A stretch of 64,000 bases of DNA from Vulcanimicrobiota bacterium (GTDB taxonomy: Bacteria > Vulcanimicrobiota > Vulcanimicrobiia > Vulcanimicrobiales > Vulcanimicrobiaceae): positions 2,336,001-2,400,000 of the forward strand of contig OY968762.1 in assembly GCA_963695225.1 (NCBI GenBank), in the 5' to 3' direction. This document shows, piece by piece, positions 28,323 through 43,670 of this stretch. Every line of letters starts with the position of its first letter. The first letter of the stretch is position 1. Position numbers and translations under genes: made by a program. Under the pieces are notes generated by a model. The model was given only the letters and a program-made list of their open reading frames with translations, searched no databases and had not been told where the DNA came from.

Positions 28323-29189
28323 ATGTCGCTGATGCGGACGCTTGCGACGCTGCGGTCATTCGGCGCGTTCTTCACGCTCGCGGCGCTCGCCGCATGCAGC
28401 GGAGGGGGCGGCGGCTCGAGCGTCCCCTCGAGTTCCACGCCGTCGCCCGGCTCGACGGCCGGGCCTCCGGGAAGCGTGACGGGCGCGCTGTACGCCTGCA
28501 CCTGGGGAGGCTCGTCGTGTTCGAAGGGCGCGCCGATCGGCGGCGCGAGCGTCGCGCTCGGGAACTCCCTCGCGGGCGGGACGCTGGGCGGGATCAGCGC
28601 CCGAGCGACGACTGCAGCGGACGGCTCGTACGCGCTCGCCGGCTACTCGGCGGACGCGCGCTATCTGCAGGTCACGGTATCGGGGAACGCCGTCGTCCTC
28701 CACGCCGCGGTGACGCCCGCGGGGAGGCTCCCTGACCTCCTGCTCTCGACGCCGACCGCCGACGAACTGGCCGGCTTCGCCCAGATCAACGCCGACCGCG
28801 CCGCGCACGGGACCGGCACCGGGGCGAACCCGCTCGTGCTCGACGAGTACCTGCTCGAAACCGCGCGCTACCGCGCGAACGATATGGCGGTCTTCGGCTA
28901 CTTCTCGCACACGCCGCCGTCCGGGGCCGGGCTCGACGGCTGGCACGAATACACGTCGCTGGCCGGCGGTTTGCCGTATGCGGGATGGGGCGAGAACATC
29001 GCGATCGGCTACGCCTCGCTGCAATCCGCGGACGCCGACGGCTACATGAGCGAGGGGCCGGCCGGCGGGCACTACCAGAACATCGTCGACGCTCGCAACG
29101 TCTGGGCCGGCCTCGCCGCCGTCTACAACGGGAAGCCGCTCGCCCCGTACGCGCCGGATTATTCGGCCGAAGAGTTCGGTAAGATGTGA
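28323..29189 (+). CDS. CAP (SCP-like) domain lipoprotein
   Basis: Lipobox LAAC, Gly/Ser linker, INADRA…DMAVFGYFSH…GENIA…GHYQNI. Confidence 0.82.
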   Translation: MSLMRTLATLRSFGAFFTLAALAACSGGGGGSSVPSSSTPSPGSTAGPPGSVTGALYACTWGGSSCSKGAPIGGASVALGNSLAGGTLGGISARATTAADGSYALAGYSADARYLQVTVSGNAVVLHAAVTPAGRLPDLLLSTPTADELAGFAQINADRAAHGTGTGANPLVLDEYLLETARYRANDMAVFGYFSHTPPSGAGLDGWHEYTSLAGGLPYAGWGENIAIGYASLQSADADGYMSEGPAGGHYQNIVDARNVWAGLAAVYNGKPLAPYAPDYSAEEFGKM

Positions 29190-29269
29190 GCGTGGCGTCC
29201 AACTCCTCGTAGTCCCGGCGGGCGCCCGGCGCGGTTTCGCCGCTCGTTTCGACCGGGAAGGGGTGTTCT

Positions 29270-29944
29270 ATGAGAATCCTGATCGCAACGACGAACGCCG
29301 CCTGGCTCGGCCCCGAGCTTCCGACCGGGACGTGGCTCGAAGAGTTCGCGGTGCCGTACATGGCCTTCGAGGCCGCCGGCGCCTCGATCGTCGTCGCCTC
29401 GCCGCTGGGCGGCACGACGCCGCTGGATCCGAAGACGAACCCCAACGACGAGCAATGGCTGAACTGGGCGCCCGCGATCGCCGCGCTGCAGCAAACGGCG
29501 CGCCTCGCGGACCAGAAGGCGGAAGACTTCGACGCGCTGTTCGTCCCGGGCGGCCACGGCCCGATGGTCGATCTTGCGAACGATCCGGAGATCCACCGGC
29601 TCGTCGCCGAGTTCGATCGCGCCGGGAAGATCCTCGGCGCCGTCTGCCACGGGCCCGCGGCGCTCGTCCGCGCGCAGGTGGACGGACGCCCCTACGTCGA
29701 GGGCAAGCGCGTCAGCGGCTTCTCCAACGTCGAGGAACTCCTCGTCGGGCTCGACCGGGCGGTCCCGTTCCTCCTCGAGACCGCGCTCAAAGAGCAGGGC
29801 GCGCGCTTCGACGCGACGCTCATCCCGTTCGCGGCGCACGTCGTCCGGGACGGCAACCTGATCACGGGGCAGAATCCCGCCTCCACCGAGAAAGTCGCCG
29901 AACGGATGCTGGAAGCGCTCGGAGCGCAATCCGGCAAGGCGTAA
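29270..29944 (+). CDS. DJ-1/PfpI (Hsp31-like) family protein
   Basis: GTWLEEFAVPY, PGGHGPMVDL, AVCHGP, ITGQNPAS. Confidence 0.92.
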   Translation: MRILIATTNAAWLGPELPTGTWLEEFAVPYMAFEAAGASIVVASPLGGTTPLDPKTNPNDEQWLNWAPAIAALQQTARLADQKAEDFDALFVPGGHGPMVDLANDPEIHRLVAEFDRAGKILGAVCHGPAALVRAQVDGRPYVEGKRVSGFSNVEELLVGLDRAVPFLLETALKEQGARFDATLIPFAAHVVRDGNLITGQNPASTEKVAERMLEALGAQSGKA

Positions 29945-29950
29945 CAAAGA

Positions 29951-29977
29951 GGCGGCGCGTTCGATGAACGCGCCGCC
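29951..29977. terminator. Hairpin between convergent genes
   Basis: GGCGGCGCGTTC-GAT-GAACGCGCCGCC perfect 12-bp stem. Confidence 0.7.
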
Positions 29978-30004
29978 GTGCCGTTTCGCCGATGCGCTCC
30001 CGCG

Positions 30005-32984
<2,980 letters not shown>

Positions 32985-33007
32985 CTGAGACTCCCTTGCG
33001 CTACAAG

Positions 33008-33037
33008 AAAAAACCCCCGCCGGGTCCGGCGAGGGGC
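33008..33037 (-). terminator. ilv attenuator terminator
   Basis: Minus strand GCCCCTCGCCGGACCCGGCGGGGG followed by TTTTTT, just upstream of ilvB. Confidence 0.85.
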
Positions 33038-33065
33038 TTTGCGTTCTCGAGTTCTTTACGCGAAG

Positions 33066-33134
33066 CTAAACCGCACCGGACCGTTTGGGTCGGCTAAGAA
33101 GGCTAACGACGACGAGAACTCGCGATGCGAACAT
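33066..33134 (-). CDS. ilv operon leader peptide MFASRVLVVVSLLSRPKRSGAV
   Basis: Val/Leu run lying between a TTGACA promoter (33167-33172) and the terminator. Confidence 0.85.
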   Translation of the reverse strand: MFASRVLVVVSLLSRPKRSGAV

Positions 33135-33246
33135 GTGGCCTGTTTGTACCATTGGGCGCAAAGCCATGTCAACCCGTGGAATCGCTTTGGCCGATCTTTC
33201 CGGCGCCGGACCGCTTTCGGCGGAAAGTATTTTCCAGACCTTGGCC

Positions 33247-33276
33247 TTGACGCTACGCGGCGAAGCGTGCTAGCTT
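33247..33276 (+). promoter_or_regulatory. Sigma-70 promoter of the leu leader (leaderless)
   Basis: TTGACG-N18-TAGCTT with TG extension; ATG 6 nt downstream. Confidence 0.75.
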
Positions 33277-33282
33277 CCAAGT

Positions 33283-36476
<3,194 letters not shown>

Positions 36477-36480
<4 letters not shown>

Positions 36481-37022
36481 TCATCGAGGGAACCGTGCTC
36501 GCCATCGAGCGGGCGAACGTCGATACCGACCAGATCATCCCGGCCCACCGCTTGACGGGGATCGACAAGAAAGGGCTCGCGGAGCACCTCTTCTCCGGGA
36601 TGCCCGGCGGCCGCGAGGTGCTTGCGGCGCACCCCGAGGCGACGATCCTCGTGACGCGGGAAAACTTCGGCTGCGGCAGCTCCCGCGAGCACGCCGTCTG
36701 GGCCCTTCAGGATCGCGGCTTCCGCGCGGCCATCGCCCCGAGCTTCGCCCGCATCTTTCACGAGAACGCCTACAACAGCGGCTTCGCGCCGATCGTCGTC
36801 GGGGCCGAGCACATCGATGCGCTGCTCGGAGCGCGGCACGTCGCGATCGATATCGTCGCCGAGAGGATCGTCGCCGACGGCACGCTGCGCGTCCCCTTCG
36901 AACTCGATCCGCTCCGCAAGCGCTTCCTGCTCGAAGGCGGGTTCCTCGCCTTCCTCAACGGGAAGGTCGGCAACGTGCGTTCTTGGCTCGCGCGGCGCGA
37001 AGCCGCCGCGGCTAAGGCGTAG
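36477..37022 (+). CDS. leuD: 3-isopropylmalate dehydratase small subunit
   Basis: NVDTDQIIP, NFGCGSSREHA, SFARIFHEN. Confidence 0.95.
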
Positions 37023-37087
37023 CCTGCGATGGACCGATGTAGCGAGGAAGCGCGGAAGACGCGCGTTCCCCGTCGTAGAGCGTGCGG

Positions 37088-38326
37088 ATGACGAAAACGA
37101 TGATCGACCTCGCCGCCGTCGAGGAAGCGGCCGAACGCATCGCCCCGATGGTCGCGCGTACGCCGGCGTTGGATGCCGCGTCGCTCAGCGAGCACACCGG
37201 GGCGCGCGTGAGCCTCAAGCTCGAGACGCGGCAGCGGACGGGGGCGTTCAAGGATCGCGGCGCGGCAAACCGCATTTTGCAGCTCGAGCCGCACGAGCGC
37301 GAGCGCGGCGTGATCGCGATGTCGGCCGGCAACCACGCGCAATCGGTCGCGTTCGTCTGCCGCCAGCTCGGGATCCCCGCGACGATCGTGATGCCGGAGG
37401 GGACGCCGTTCACGAAGGTGCGCCGCACGCAAGGCTTCGGCGCGCGCGTCGTGATCGCGGGCGCCGATCTGAACGGCGCGGAGGCACGGGCCCGGCAGAT
37501 CATGGACGAAGAAGGCCTCACGCTCGTTCACCCGTACGACGACGAACGGGTGATCGCGGGACAGGGCACGATCGCGCTCGAGTGGCTCGCCGACGTTCCG
37601 GAACTCGACGTCATGCTGATTCCGATCGGCGGCGGGGGCCTGATCTCGGGGATCGCGCTCGCCGCGAAGGCCCTCAAACCCTCGATCGAGATCGTCGGCG
37701 TGCAGACGGAGCTCTTCCCTTCGGTCGCACGCAGGCGCGCGGGGATCGAACCGGTCCCGGGCGGCCAGACGACGATCGCCGAGGGGATCGCGGTGAAAGC
37801 CGCCGGTCTCTTGCCGATGGAGATCATCGACCGGCTCGTCGATGAGGTCGTGCTCGTCAGCGAGGAAGCGCTCGAGTGCGCGATCCACCGGTTCCTCGAA
37901 GAGGAGAAGCTGCTCGCCGAAGGGGCCGCGGCCGCCTCGCTCGCGGCGCTGCTGGCGGATCCGGCGCGGTTCGCGGGACGCAGCGTGGGGGTGCTCGTGA
38001 GCGGCGGGAATCTCGACACGGGGCTGCTGGCCACCGTGATCACGCGCGCCCGGATGCGCGACGGTCGCGTCGTCAGCCTCCGGATGGAGATCCCGGACCG
38101 CCCCGGGGTCCTGGCGGACATCTCGGCGATCATCGGGGCGAGCGGCGCGAACATCATCGAGGTCAAGCACCAGCGCTTCTTCTACGACGTCCCGTCCAAG
38201 CACGCCGACCTCGACGTGACGATCGAGACGCGCGACCCCGGCGACATCGGCGAGATCCTCGCAAAGCTCGCGGCCCGCGACTACTCCGCCCACGTCCTCA
38301 TGTCGACCCGAGCCCACGGCCGCTAG
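37088..38326 (+). CDS. ilvA: Threonine ammonia-lyase with C-terminal ACT domain
   Basis: GAFKDRGA, SAGNHAQ, GQGT, GGGGLISG, SGGN, PDRPGVL. Confidence 0.92.
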   Translation: MTKTMIDLAAVEEAAERIAPMVARTPALDAASLSEHTGARVSLKLETRQRTGAFKDRGAANRILQLEPHERERGVIAMSAGNHAQSVAFVCRQLGIPATIVMPEGTPFTKVRRTQGFGARVVIAGADLNGAEARARQIMDEEGLTLVHPYDDERVIAGQGTIALEWLADVPELDVMLIPIGGGGLISGIALAAKALKPSIEIVGVQTELFPSVARRRAGIEPVPGGQTTIAEGIAVKAAGLLPMEIIDRLVDEVVLVSEEALECAIHRFLEEEKLLAEGAAAASLAALLADPARFAGRSVGVLVSGGNLDTGLLATVITRARMRDGRVVSLRMEIPDRPGVLADISAIIGASGANIIEVKHQRFFYDVPSKHADLDVTIETRDPGDIGEILAKLAARDYSAHVLMSTRAHGR

Positions 38327-38352
38327 CCCTCTGGTCTGAACTCGGCCTGCCT

Positions 38353-38377
38353 TCGCCCTGAGCCCGTCGAAGGGCGA
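38353..38377. repeat. REP-like palindrome
   Basis: TCGCCCT-GAGCCCGTCGA-AGGGCGA. Confidence 0.6.
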
Positions 38378-38389
38378 GCTTTTTCGCGT

Positions 38390-38552
38390 GGCCCGCGTCC
38401 CGGCCGGGGCGGGGTTCCCCCGCGGGGACGCCCGCGATTTCGCATCCATGCGAAATCGCTACTCGTGCACTTGCCCGCTCCCGCCATCGTGGCTCCGCGG
38501 GCAAGCTGCACGCCCCGCGGAGAAACCCCGCTCCGACCCGGACGCTACCTGG
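38390..38552. repeat. Second copy of the 21221-21470 element, with long imperfect terminal inverted arms
   Basis: Shares GCGGGGTTC…CCGCGGGGACGCCCGC and GGCTCCGCGGGCAAGCTGCAC.CCCCGCGGAGAAACCCCGC…CCCGGACGCTACCTG. Confidence 0.82.
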
Positions 38553-38605
38553 GTGCGTCGGAGCACGGCTCGGTTGTCGACGGCTTCGGCGTGTAACTTG
38601 TGCTG

Positions 38606-38635
38606 TTGACACCCTCGCGCCGGTCGTGCTAGGGT
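38606..38635 (+). promoter_or_regulatory. Sigma-70 promoter of the DAHP synthase leader
   Basis: TTGACA-N18-TAGGGT with TG extension. Confidence 0.78.
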
Positions 38636-38644
38636 CAGCCCAAC

Positions 38645-38710
38645 ATGACACACCGCGCGTTTTCTTACTGGTACTGGTTTGCTCCGCATGAATCCATGCC
38701 GGTGAGGTAA
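38645..38710 (+). CDS. Aromatic-amino-acid leader peptide MTHRAFSYWYWFAPHESMPVR
   Basis: Codons TTT TCT TAC TGG TAC TGG TTT; lies between the promoter and a terminator. Confidence 0.9.
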   Translation: MTHRAFSYWYWFAPHESMPVR

Positions 38711-38735
38711 GCACGCGCGTTTCGACGCCGTAGGA

Positions 38736-38760
38736 GCCGCCCTCACCGGGCGGTTTTTTT
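38736..38760 (+). terminator. Attenuator terminator upstream of the DAHP synthase gene
   Basis: GCCGCCC-TCACC-GGGCGG followed by a T7 run. Confidence 0.9.
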
Positions 38761-38795
38761 ATTTACCAAGAGCGATCACGAGGAGCCCGAGTCTG

Positions 38796-39629
38796 ATGCC
38801 GTCGACCTATCGCCTCGCCCAACGCAGAACCGAACGCACGACCATCGTCGCGGCGGGGCACGCCGTCTTCGGAGACGGGGGATTCGCTCTGATCGGCGGC
38901 CCCTGCTCGATCGAAAGCGCCGAGCAGATCTCGGCGGCCGCCGCCGGCGTGCGGCGGGCAGGCGGGTCGATGCTGCGGGGCGGGGCGTATAAGACGCGGA
39001 CCTCCCCGTACGATTTCCAGGGGCTCGGCGCCGCCGGGATCCCGCTGATCGCCGCCGCCGGCGCCGCGAACCACTTGCCGGTCGTCGTCGAAGCACTCTC
39101 GGAACCCGACGTCGAGGCGCTCGCGCCGCACGTCGAGATGCTCCAGATCGGCGCGCGGAACATGCAAAACGTCCCGTTACTCCGGCGCGCGGCGCGCTCG
39201 GGGCGGCCGATCCTCCTCAAGCGCGGTCCCTCCGCGACGCTCGACGAGCTGCTCCTCGCCGCCGAGTACATCCTCGTCGAGGGGAATCCCGGCGTGGTGC
39301 TGTGCGAGCGCGGCATTCGCAGTTTCGACACCCAGACGCGTAACGTGCTCGACCTCGGTGGGGCGCTGCGCCTCAAGGAGCTCACGCACTTGCCCGTGAT
39401 CGTCGACCCATCGCATGCGAGCGGCCGCCGCAGCCTCGTCGAGCCGCTCGCGATCGCCGCCGCCGCCGCCGGGCTCGACGGCGCTATCGTCGAAGTCCAT
39501 CCCGACCCGAACCGCGCCCTCTCCGACGCCGCGCAGCAGATCGATTGCGCGGCGTTCGCGCATCTGGCGGCCGCAATTCGCGCCGTCCGAGCGGTCGTCG
39601 CCCCGGAGGCAACGCTCGTCGCCTGCTGA
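38796..39629 (+). CDS. aroF: 3-deoxy-7-phosphoheptulonate (DAHP) synthase, type I-beta, catalytic barrel only
   Basis: GPCSIES, RGGAYKTRTSPYDFQG, QIGARNMQN, LCERGIR, IVDPSH, EVHPDP…SD; 277 aa. Confidence 0.92.
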   Translation: MPSTYRLAQRRTERTTIVAAGHAVFGDGGFALIGGPCSIESAEQISAAAAGVRRAGGSMLRGGAYKTRTSPYDFQGLGAAGIPLIAAAGAANHLPVVVEALSEPDVEALAPHVEMLQIGARNMQNVPLLRRAARSGRPILLKRGPSATLDELLLAAEYILVEGNPGVVLCERGIRSFDTQTRNVLDLGGALRLKELTHLPVIVDPSHASGRRSLVEPLAIAAAAAGLDGAIVEVHPDPNRALSDAAQQIDCAAFAHLAAAIRAVRAVVAPEATLVAC

Positions 39630-39671
39630 GGCCGTGCCGTCCGGAACGAAGCGGAATCGAACGGACGACGT

Positions 39672-40580
39672 TTACGCGAGCGTTGCCCATCCTTGGAAGG
39701 TGGCGTCGTCGCCCCGGACGACGCGGGCGTAACGTTCGCGCAAGCGGCGTACGATGGGGCCGTCGCCGGCGTAGAGGCGGTCGTCGACGGCCTTCACCGG
39801 TACGACCTCCGCGGCGGTCCCCGTCAGGAAGACTTCGTCCGCGGCGGCGAGCGCCTCGCGGGTGATCGGCGCGACCCGCGCCGGGATCCCCTCGTCTGCC
39901 GCGATCGACAGGACCGTATCGCGGGTTATCCCCGCGAGGACGTCTGCGTCGATATCGTTCGTCTGCAGCACCCCGTCCTTGACGATGAAGACGTTTTCGC
40001 CGGTCGCCTCGGCGATCTCGCCGCGGTCGTTCAAGAGGATCGCGTCTTCGAAGCCGCGCGCGGCGGCATCGTGCATCGCGAGGACCGCGTTCGTGTAATG
40101 GCCGCTCGCCTTCACGCGCGACGGGAGCGCGCGGGACGGCGTCTTCATGACCGGCGAGAGGGTCACGCGGATCCCCGAGGTCGCATGGATCGCGGCGAGC
40201 GGCATCGCCACGATCAGCACGTGCGTCGGGCAGTGATAGCGGGGCGTGAACGCCGGGGTCTTTTCGCCGAAATAGACGAGCGGCCGGATGTAGCACGAGG
40301 CGAGGCCGCTCGCCCGCACGGTCGCGCGGATCGCGGCGCCGACCTCCTGGGATGCGTACGGGATCGCGAGCCCGTACGCCTCGGCCGAAGCGTAGAGCCT
40401 GCGCACGTGATCGTCGAGGCGGAAGATCGCGGTCCCGCGCGGCGTTTCGTACGCGCGGATGCCCTCGAAGACGCCCGTTCCGTAGTGCAGAGCATGCGTC
40501 ATCGGGTGGATCGCCGCGTCTTCGGGCGCGATGGCCCGGCCGTCCAGCCAATACGAGCGAAGGTCCGTCGTCGTGATCAT
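39672..40580 (-). CDS. ilvE: Branched-chain amino acid aminotransferase
   Basis: HALHYGTGVFEGIRAY, YIRP, KASGHY, LAGITR, EVFLTGTAAEV. Confidence 0.93.
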   Translation of the reverse strand: MITTTDLRSYWLDGRAIAPEDAAIHPMTHALHYGTGVFEGIRAYETPRGTAIFRLDDHVRRLYASAEAYGLAIPYASQEVGAAIRATVRASGLASCYIRPLVYFGEKTPAFTPRYHCPTHVLIVAMPLAAIHATSGIRVTLSPVMKTPSRALPSRVKASGHYTNAVLAMHDAAARGFEDAILLNDRGEIAEATGENVFIVKDGVLQTNDIDADVLAGITRDTVLSIAADEGIPARVAPITREALAAADEVFLTGTAAEVVPVKAVDDRLYAGDGPIVRRLRERYARVVRGDDATFQGWATLA

Positions 40581-40661
40581 GCGCGATTCTCATCCGCGGC
40601 CGTTCCGGCATCCTCCCGCGCGGGAGTGATTCGGCGATCCGTCCCCGAACGGCGCGGCCCT

Positions 40662-41135
40662 ATGGTCACGTTTCGGCGGATGACGGACGGCGATCGGCGC
40701 GCGGCGTACGAGCTGTTCGTCGACTACCTGCACAACGACGAGTTCGTGCGCGACAGCAGCGCAGCGTACGGCAACAACGGCGATCGCGCGCTTTCCGCCG
40801 CGCTCGCGCTCTTCATCGAGCGCGCCGATTACGGGTTCATTTGGATGGGCTTCGACGAGGGAGCGGCGGTCGCGGTCGCGATCGTGAGCTACGCGATCTC
40901 TACGGCGATCGGCGGCGTCGTCGCAAAGCTCGAGGATCTGTACGTCGTGCCGTCGCGCCGCTCGCAGGGGATCGGGACGGCGCTCGTCGATGCGCTCGTC
41001 GTGGAATTGAGCAAGAACCGCATCGCGCGCTTGGACACGAGCGTCCATCTGCGCAACGGTCGCGGCAAAGCGTTCTACCTAGCACACGGCTTCGCACCGC
41101 TCAACGAAGAACGGCTCGCGCGCGTCCTGCGCTGA
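40662..41135 (+). CDS. GNAT family N-acetyltransferase
   Basis: LEDLYVVPSRRSQGIGTAL, AFYLAHGF. Confidence 0.88.
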   Translation: MVTFRRMTDGDRRAAYELFVDYLHNDEFVRDSSAAYGNNGDRALSAALALFIERADYGFIWMGFDEGAAVAVAIVSYAISTAIGGVVAKLEDLYVVPSRRSQGIGTALVDALVVELSKNRIARLDTSVHLRNGRGKAFYLAHGFAPLNEERLARVLR

Positions 41136-41185
41136 TCGCGCGGGCTCACGCTAACGCGAATGCGGTAGTCTCACCGCGCGCGCTT

Positions 41186-42313
41186 TCAGAAGCGGTCTGG
41201 ACTCGTTTCCAGCGGTCCGGTCAGCGCCGCGTACGCGCGCTCGCGGAAGGCGCCCCACTCGTCGCGTTCGATCGCGGCGCGTGCCTCGGCCATCAGTTGG
41301 GTCAGCACCGCGAGGTTGTGATACGAAAGCAGGCGCGGTCCGAGCATCTCCTCCGCGCGGAAGAGATGGCTGAGGTAGGCGCGGCTGAACGTCGCGCAGA
41401 CCATGCAGGAGCAGCGCGGATCCAGCGGGCGCGGATCGTGCGCGAACGTCGCGTTGCGGATGGCGAGATCGCCGGAACGGGTGATCGCGCGCCCATTCCG
41501 CCCGCAGCGCGTGGGGTAGACGCAATCGAACATGTCGATCCCGCAATCGACCGCCGCGATGAGATCGGATACGGTTCCCACGCCCATCAGGTAGCGCGGC
41601 TTCCCCGCCGGGAGGAGGTCCGCTGTGAAACGCGCGGTGCGGTAGAGGTCCTCGCGCGATTCTCCGACGGAGAGCCCGCCGATCGCGTATCCGGGGAGAT
41701 CGAGCGCGACGAGTTCGCGCGCGCTGCGCTCGCGCGCGCTGGGGTCGAGCCCGCCTTGCACGATGCCGAACAGTCGCGTCGCCTCCGGCCGCGTGCGCGC
41801 CGCCGCGCAGCGGCGGGCCCAGATACTCGTCAGCCGGACGGCCTCCTCGATCTCCCCGGCCGTTGCGGGGAGTTTCACGCAGACGTCGAGCGCCATCGCG
41901 ATATCGACGCCGAGCGCTTCCTGGAACTCGACGACGTTCTCGGGCGTGAAGAGGTGTTGGCTGCCGTCGAGGTGCGAGCGAAAGCGCACGCCCTCGTCGT
42001 CGAGCTTGCGTTTCGTTTCGAGGCTGAAGACTTGGAAGCCGCCGCTGTCGGTGAGGATCGGACGCTCCCAGCGCATGAACGCATGCAACCCGCCCTGCTC
42101 GACGATCAAGTCGCGCCCCGGGCGCAGCCAGAGATGGTACGTGTTCGAAAGGACGATCTGCGCGCCGAGTTCGACGAGATCGGCGGGCGTCAGCCCTTTG
42201 ACGGTCGCCGCCGTCCCGACGGGCATGAACGCCGGCGTTTCGACCGGGCCGTGCGCGAGAGCGAGCCGGCCGCGCCGCGCGGAGCCGCTCCGGGCGAGGA
42301 GCGTGAAGCTCAC
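41186..42313 (-). CDS. tgt: tRNA-guanine transglycosylase
   Basis: TPAFMPVGT, LTDSGGFQVFSL, GIVQGG, DMFDCVYPTR, zinc site CSCMVC…HN. Confidence 0.96.
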   Translation of the reverse strand: MSFTLLARSGSARRGRLALAHGPVETPAFMPVGTAATVKGLTPADLVELGAQIVLSNTYHLWLRPGRDLIVEQGGLHAFMRWERPILTDSGGFQVFSLETKRKLDDEGVRFRSHLDGSQHLFTPENVVEFQEALGVDIAMALDVCVKLPATAGEIEEAVRLTSIWARRCAAARTRPEATRLFGIVQGGLDPSARERSARELVALDLPGYAIGGLSVGESREDLYRTARFTADLLPAGKPRYLMGVGTVSDLIAAVDCGIDMFDCVYPTRCGRNGRAITRSGDLAIRNATFAHDPRPLDPRCSCMVCATFSRAYLSHLFRAEEMLGPRLLSYHNLAVLTQLMAEARAAIERDEWGAFRERAYAALTGPLETSPDRF

Positions 42314-43206
42314 CGGCGCAGCGCTTCCCGTGCGCGCACGTACGCCTCGGGCGGCTCGATCTCGAACGCGAGATCCTCGCGCGTCCGGGGGTGGCGGAAG
42401 CGCAGGCGCCACGCGTGGAGCGCTTGCCCTTCGAGCTGCACGCGAGGGTCGGCGCGGCCGTACAGCGGATCGCCGACGATCGGGTGCCCGAACGCCTGCA
42501 TGTGCACGCGAATCTGATGCGTCCGTCCCGTCTCCAGGCGAAAGAGCAGCTCGCTCGCGCGGACGAGCGGTTCGCGCACGTTGTAGTGCGTCGTCGCCGC
42601 CTTCCCTTCGGCGCGCACCGCGTACTTGAAGCGTCGCTGCGGATCGCGCCCGATCGCGCCGACGACCGTCCCCTCCGCGCGCTCCGGAATGCCGTGCACG
42701 AGGCCGAGATACTCGCGTTCGATGTAGCGGCGCATCATCGCCTTGCCGAGCGCGGTGAGCGCTTCCGGCGTCTTCGCGACGACGAGCAGCCCCGAGGTGT
42801 CGCGATCGAGCCGGTGAACGAGCCCGGGACGCTGCGGATCGCCGGGGAGCACGCCCGTATGCGCGAGGAGCGCGTCGGCGAGCGTCCCTTCGCGGACGCC
42901 GTGCGCGGGATGCGTCGTCATCCCGGCGGGCTTGTTGACGACGAGCAGCTCCTCGTCCTCGAACAGGATCTCGAGCGGATACGGGCGCGCGACGGCGACC
43001 GGCTCCGCGAGCGGAACGATGTCGTACTCGAGCAGGTCGCCTGCGGCGAGCGTCGTGCTCGGGCGAGGCTCGGTGCCGTTGCGCCGCACGCCGCCCGAAC
43101 GGATCGCCTCGCTCACGACGGAGCGCGAAGCCCCGGAGAGGCGCGCGAGCACGACGTCGCAACGCAGGCCCGCCTCGCTCGGATCGACCGTGTGGCTCGC
43201 GCTCAC
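42310..43206 (-). CDS. RluA/RluD family pseudouridine synthase
   Basis: VNKPAG, HRLDRDTSG, LETGRTHQIRVH, QALHA. Confidence 0.95.
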   Translation of the reverse strand: MSASHTVDPSEAGLRCDVVLARLSGASRSVVSEAIRSGGVRRNGTEPRPSTTLAAGDLLEYDIVPLAEPVAVARPYPLEILFEDEELLVVNKPAGMTTHPAHGVREGTLADALLAHTGVLPGDPQRPGLVHRLDRDTSGLLVVAKTPEALTALGKAMMRRYIEREYLGLVHGIPERAEGTVVGAIGRDPQRRFKYAVRAEGKAATTHYNVREPLVRASELLFRLETGRTHQIRVHMQAFGHPIVGDPLYGRADPRVQLEGQALHAWRLRFRHPRTREDLAFEIEPPEAYVRAREALRR

Positions 43207-43670
43207 CCCGGCGGCTGCGATTCGGCGCGCGCCGCGTGCTTCTCGCCGAGGATCGAACCGAGGATCAACAGTCCGACGCCGATCGTGATGCACGAGTCGG
43301 CCACGTTGAAGACCGGCCACCAGCGCAAGTCGACGAAATCGACGACGTACCCGAGCCGGATGCGGTCGAGGATGTTCCCGAACGCGCCCCCCGCGATCGC
43401 CCCGAACGCGATGCGCACGATCCCCGACCGCTCGGCATGCTCGCGGAAGGCGAACCAGAAGATCCCGAGCACCGCGAGAGCCAGCCCGATCAGGAGGAGC
43501 GGCTGCGTTCCGAAGAGCCCGAACGCTCCGCTATGGTTCTGCACGTACGTCCACCACAGCACGTTGGGGACGAAGATGCGGCTTTCGCCGACCGCGAACT
43601 CGGCCGAGACGACGTGCTTGGTGTACTGATCGAGCGCGAGGACGGCGAGGGCGGTGAGCCAGAAGCGCAT
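43203..43670 (-). CDS. lspA: Lipoprotein signal peptidase II
   Basis: DQYTK, NHSGAFG, GNILDRI…VVDF, FNVADSCI. Confidence 0.95.
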   Translation of the reverse strand: MRFWLTALAVLALDQYTKHVVSAEFAVGESRIFVPNVLWWTYVQNHSGAFGLFGTQPLLLIGLALAVLGIFWFAFREHAERSGIVRIAFGAIAGGAFGNILDRIRLGYVVDFVDLRWWPVFNVADSCITIGVGLLILGSILGEKHAARAESQPPG

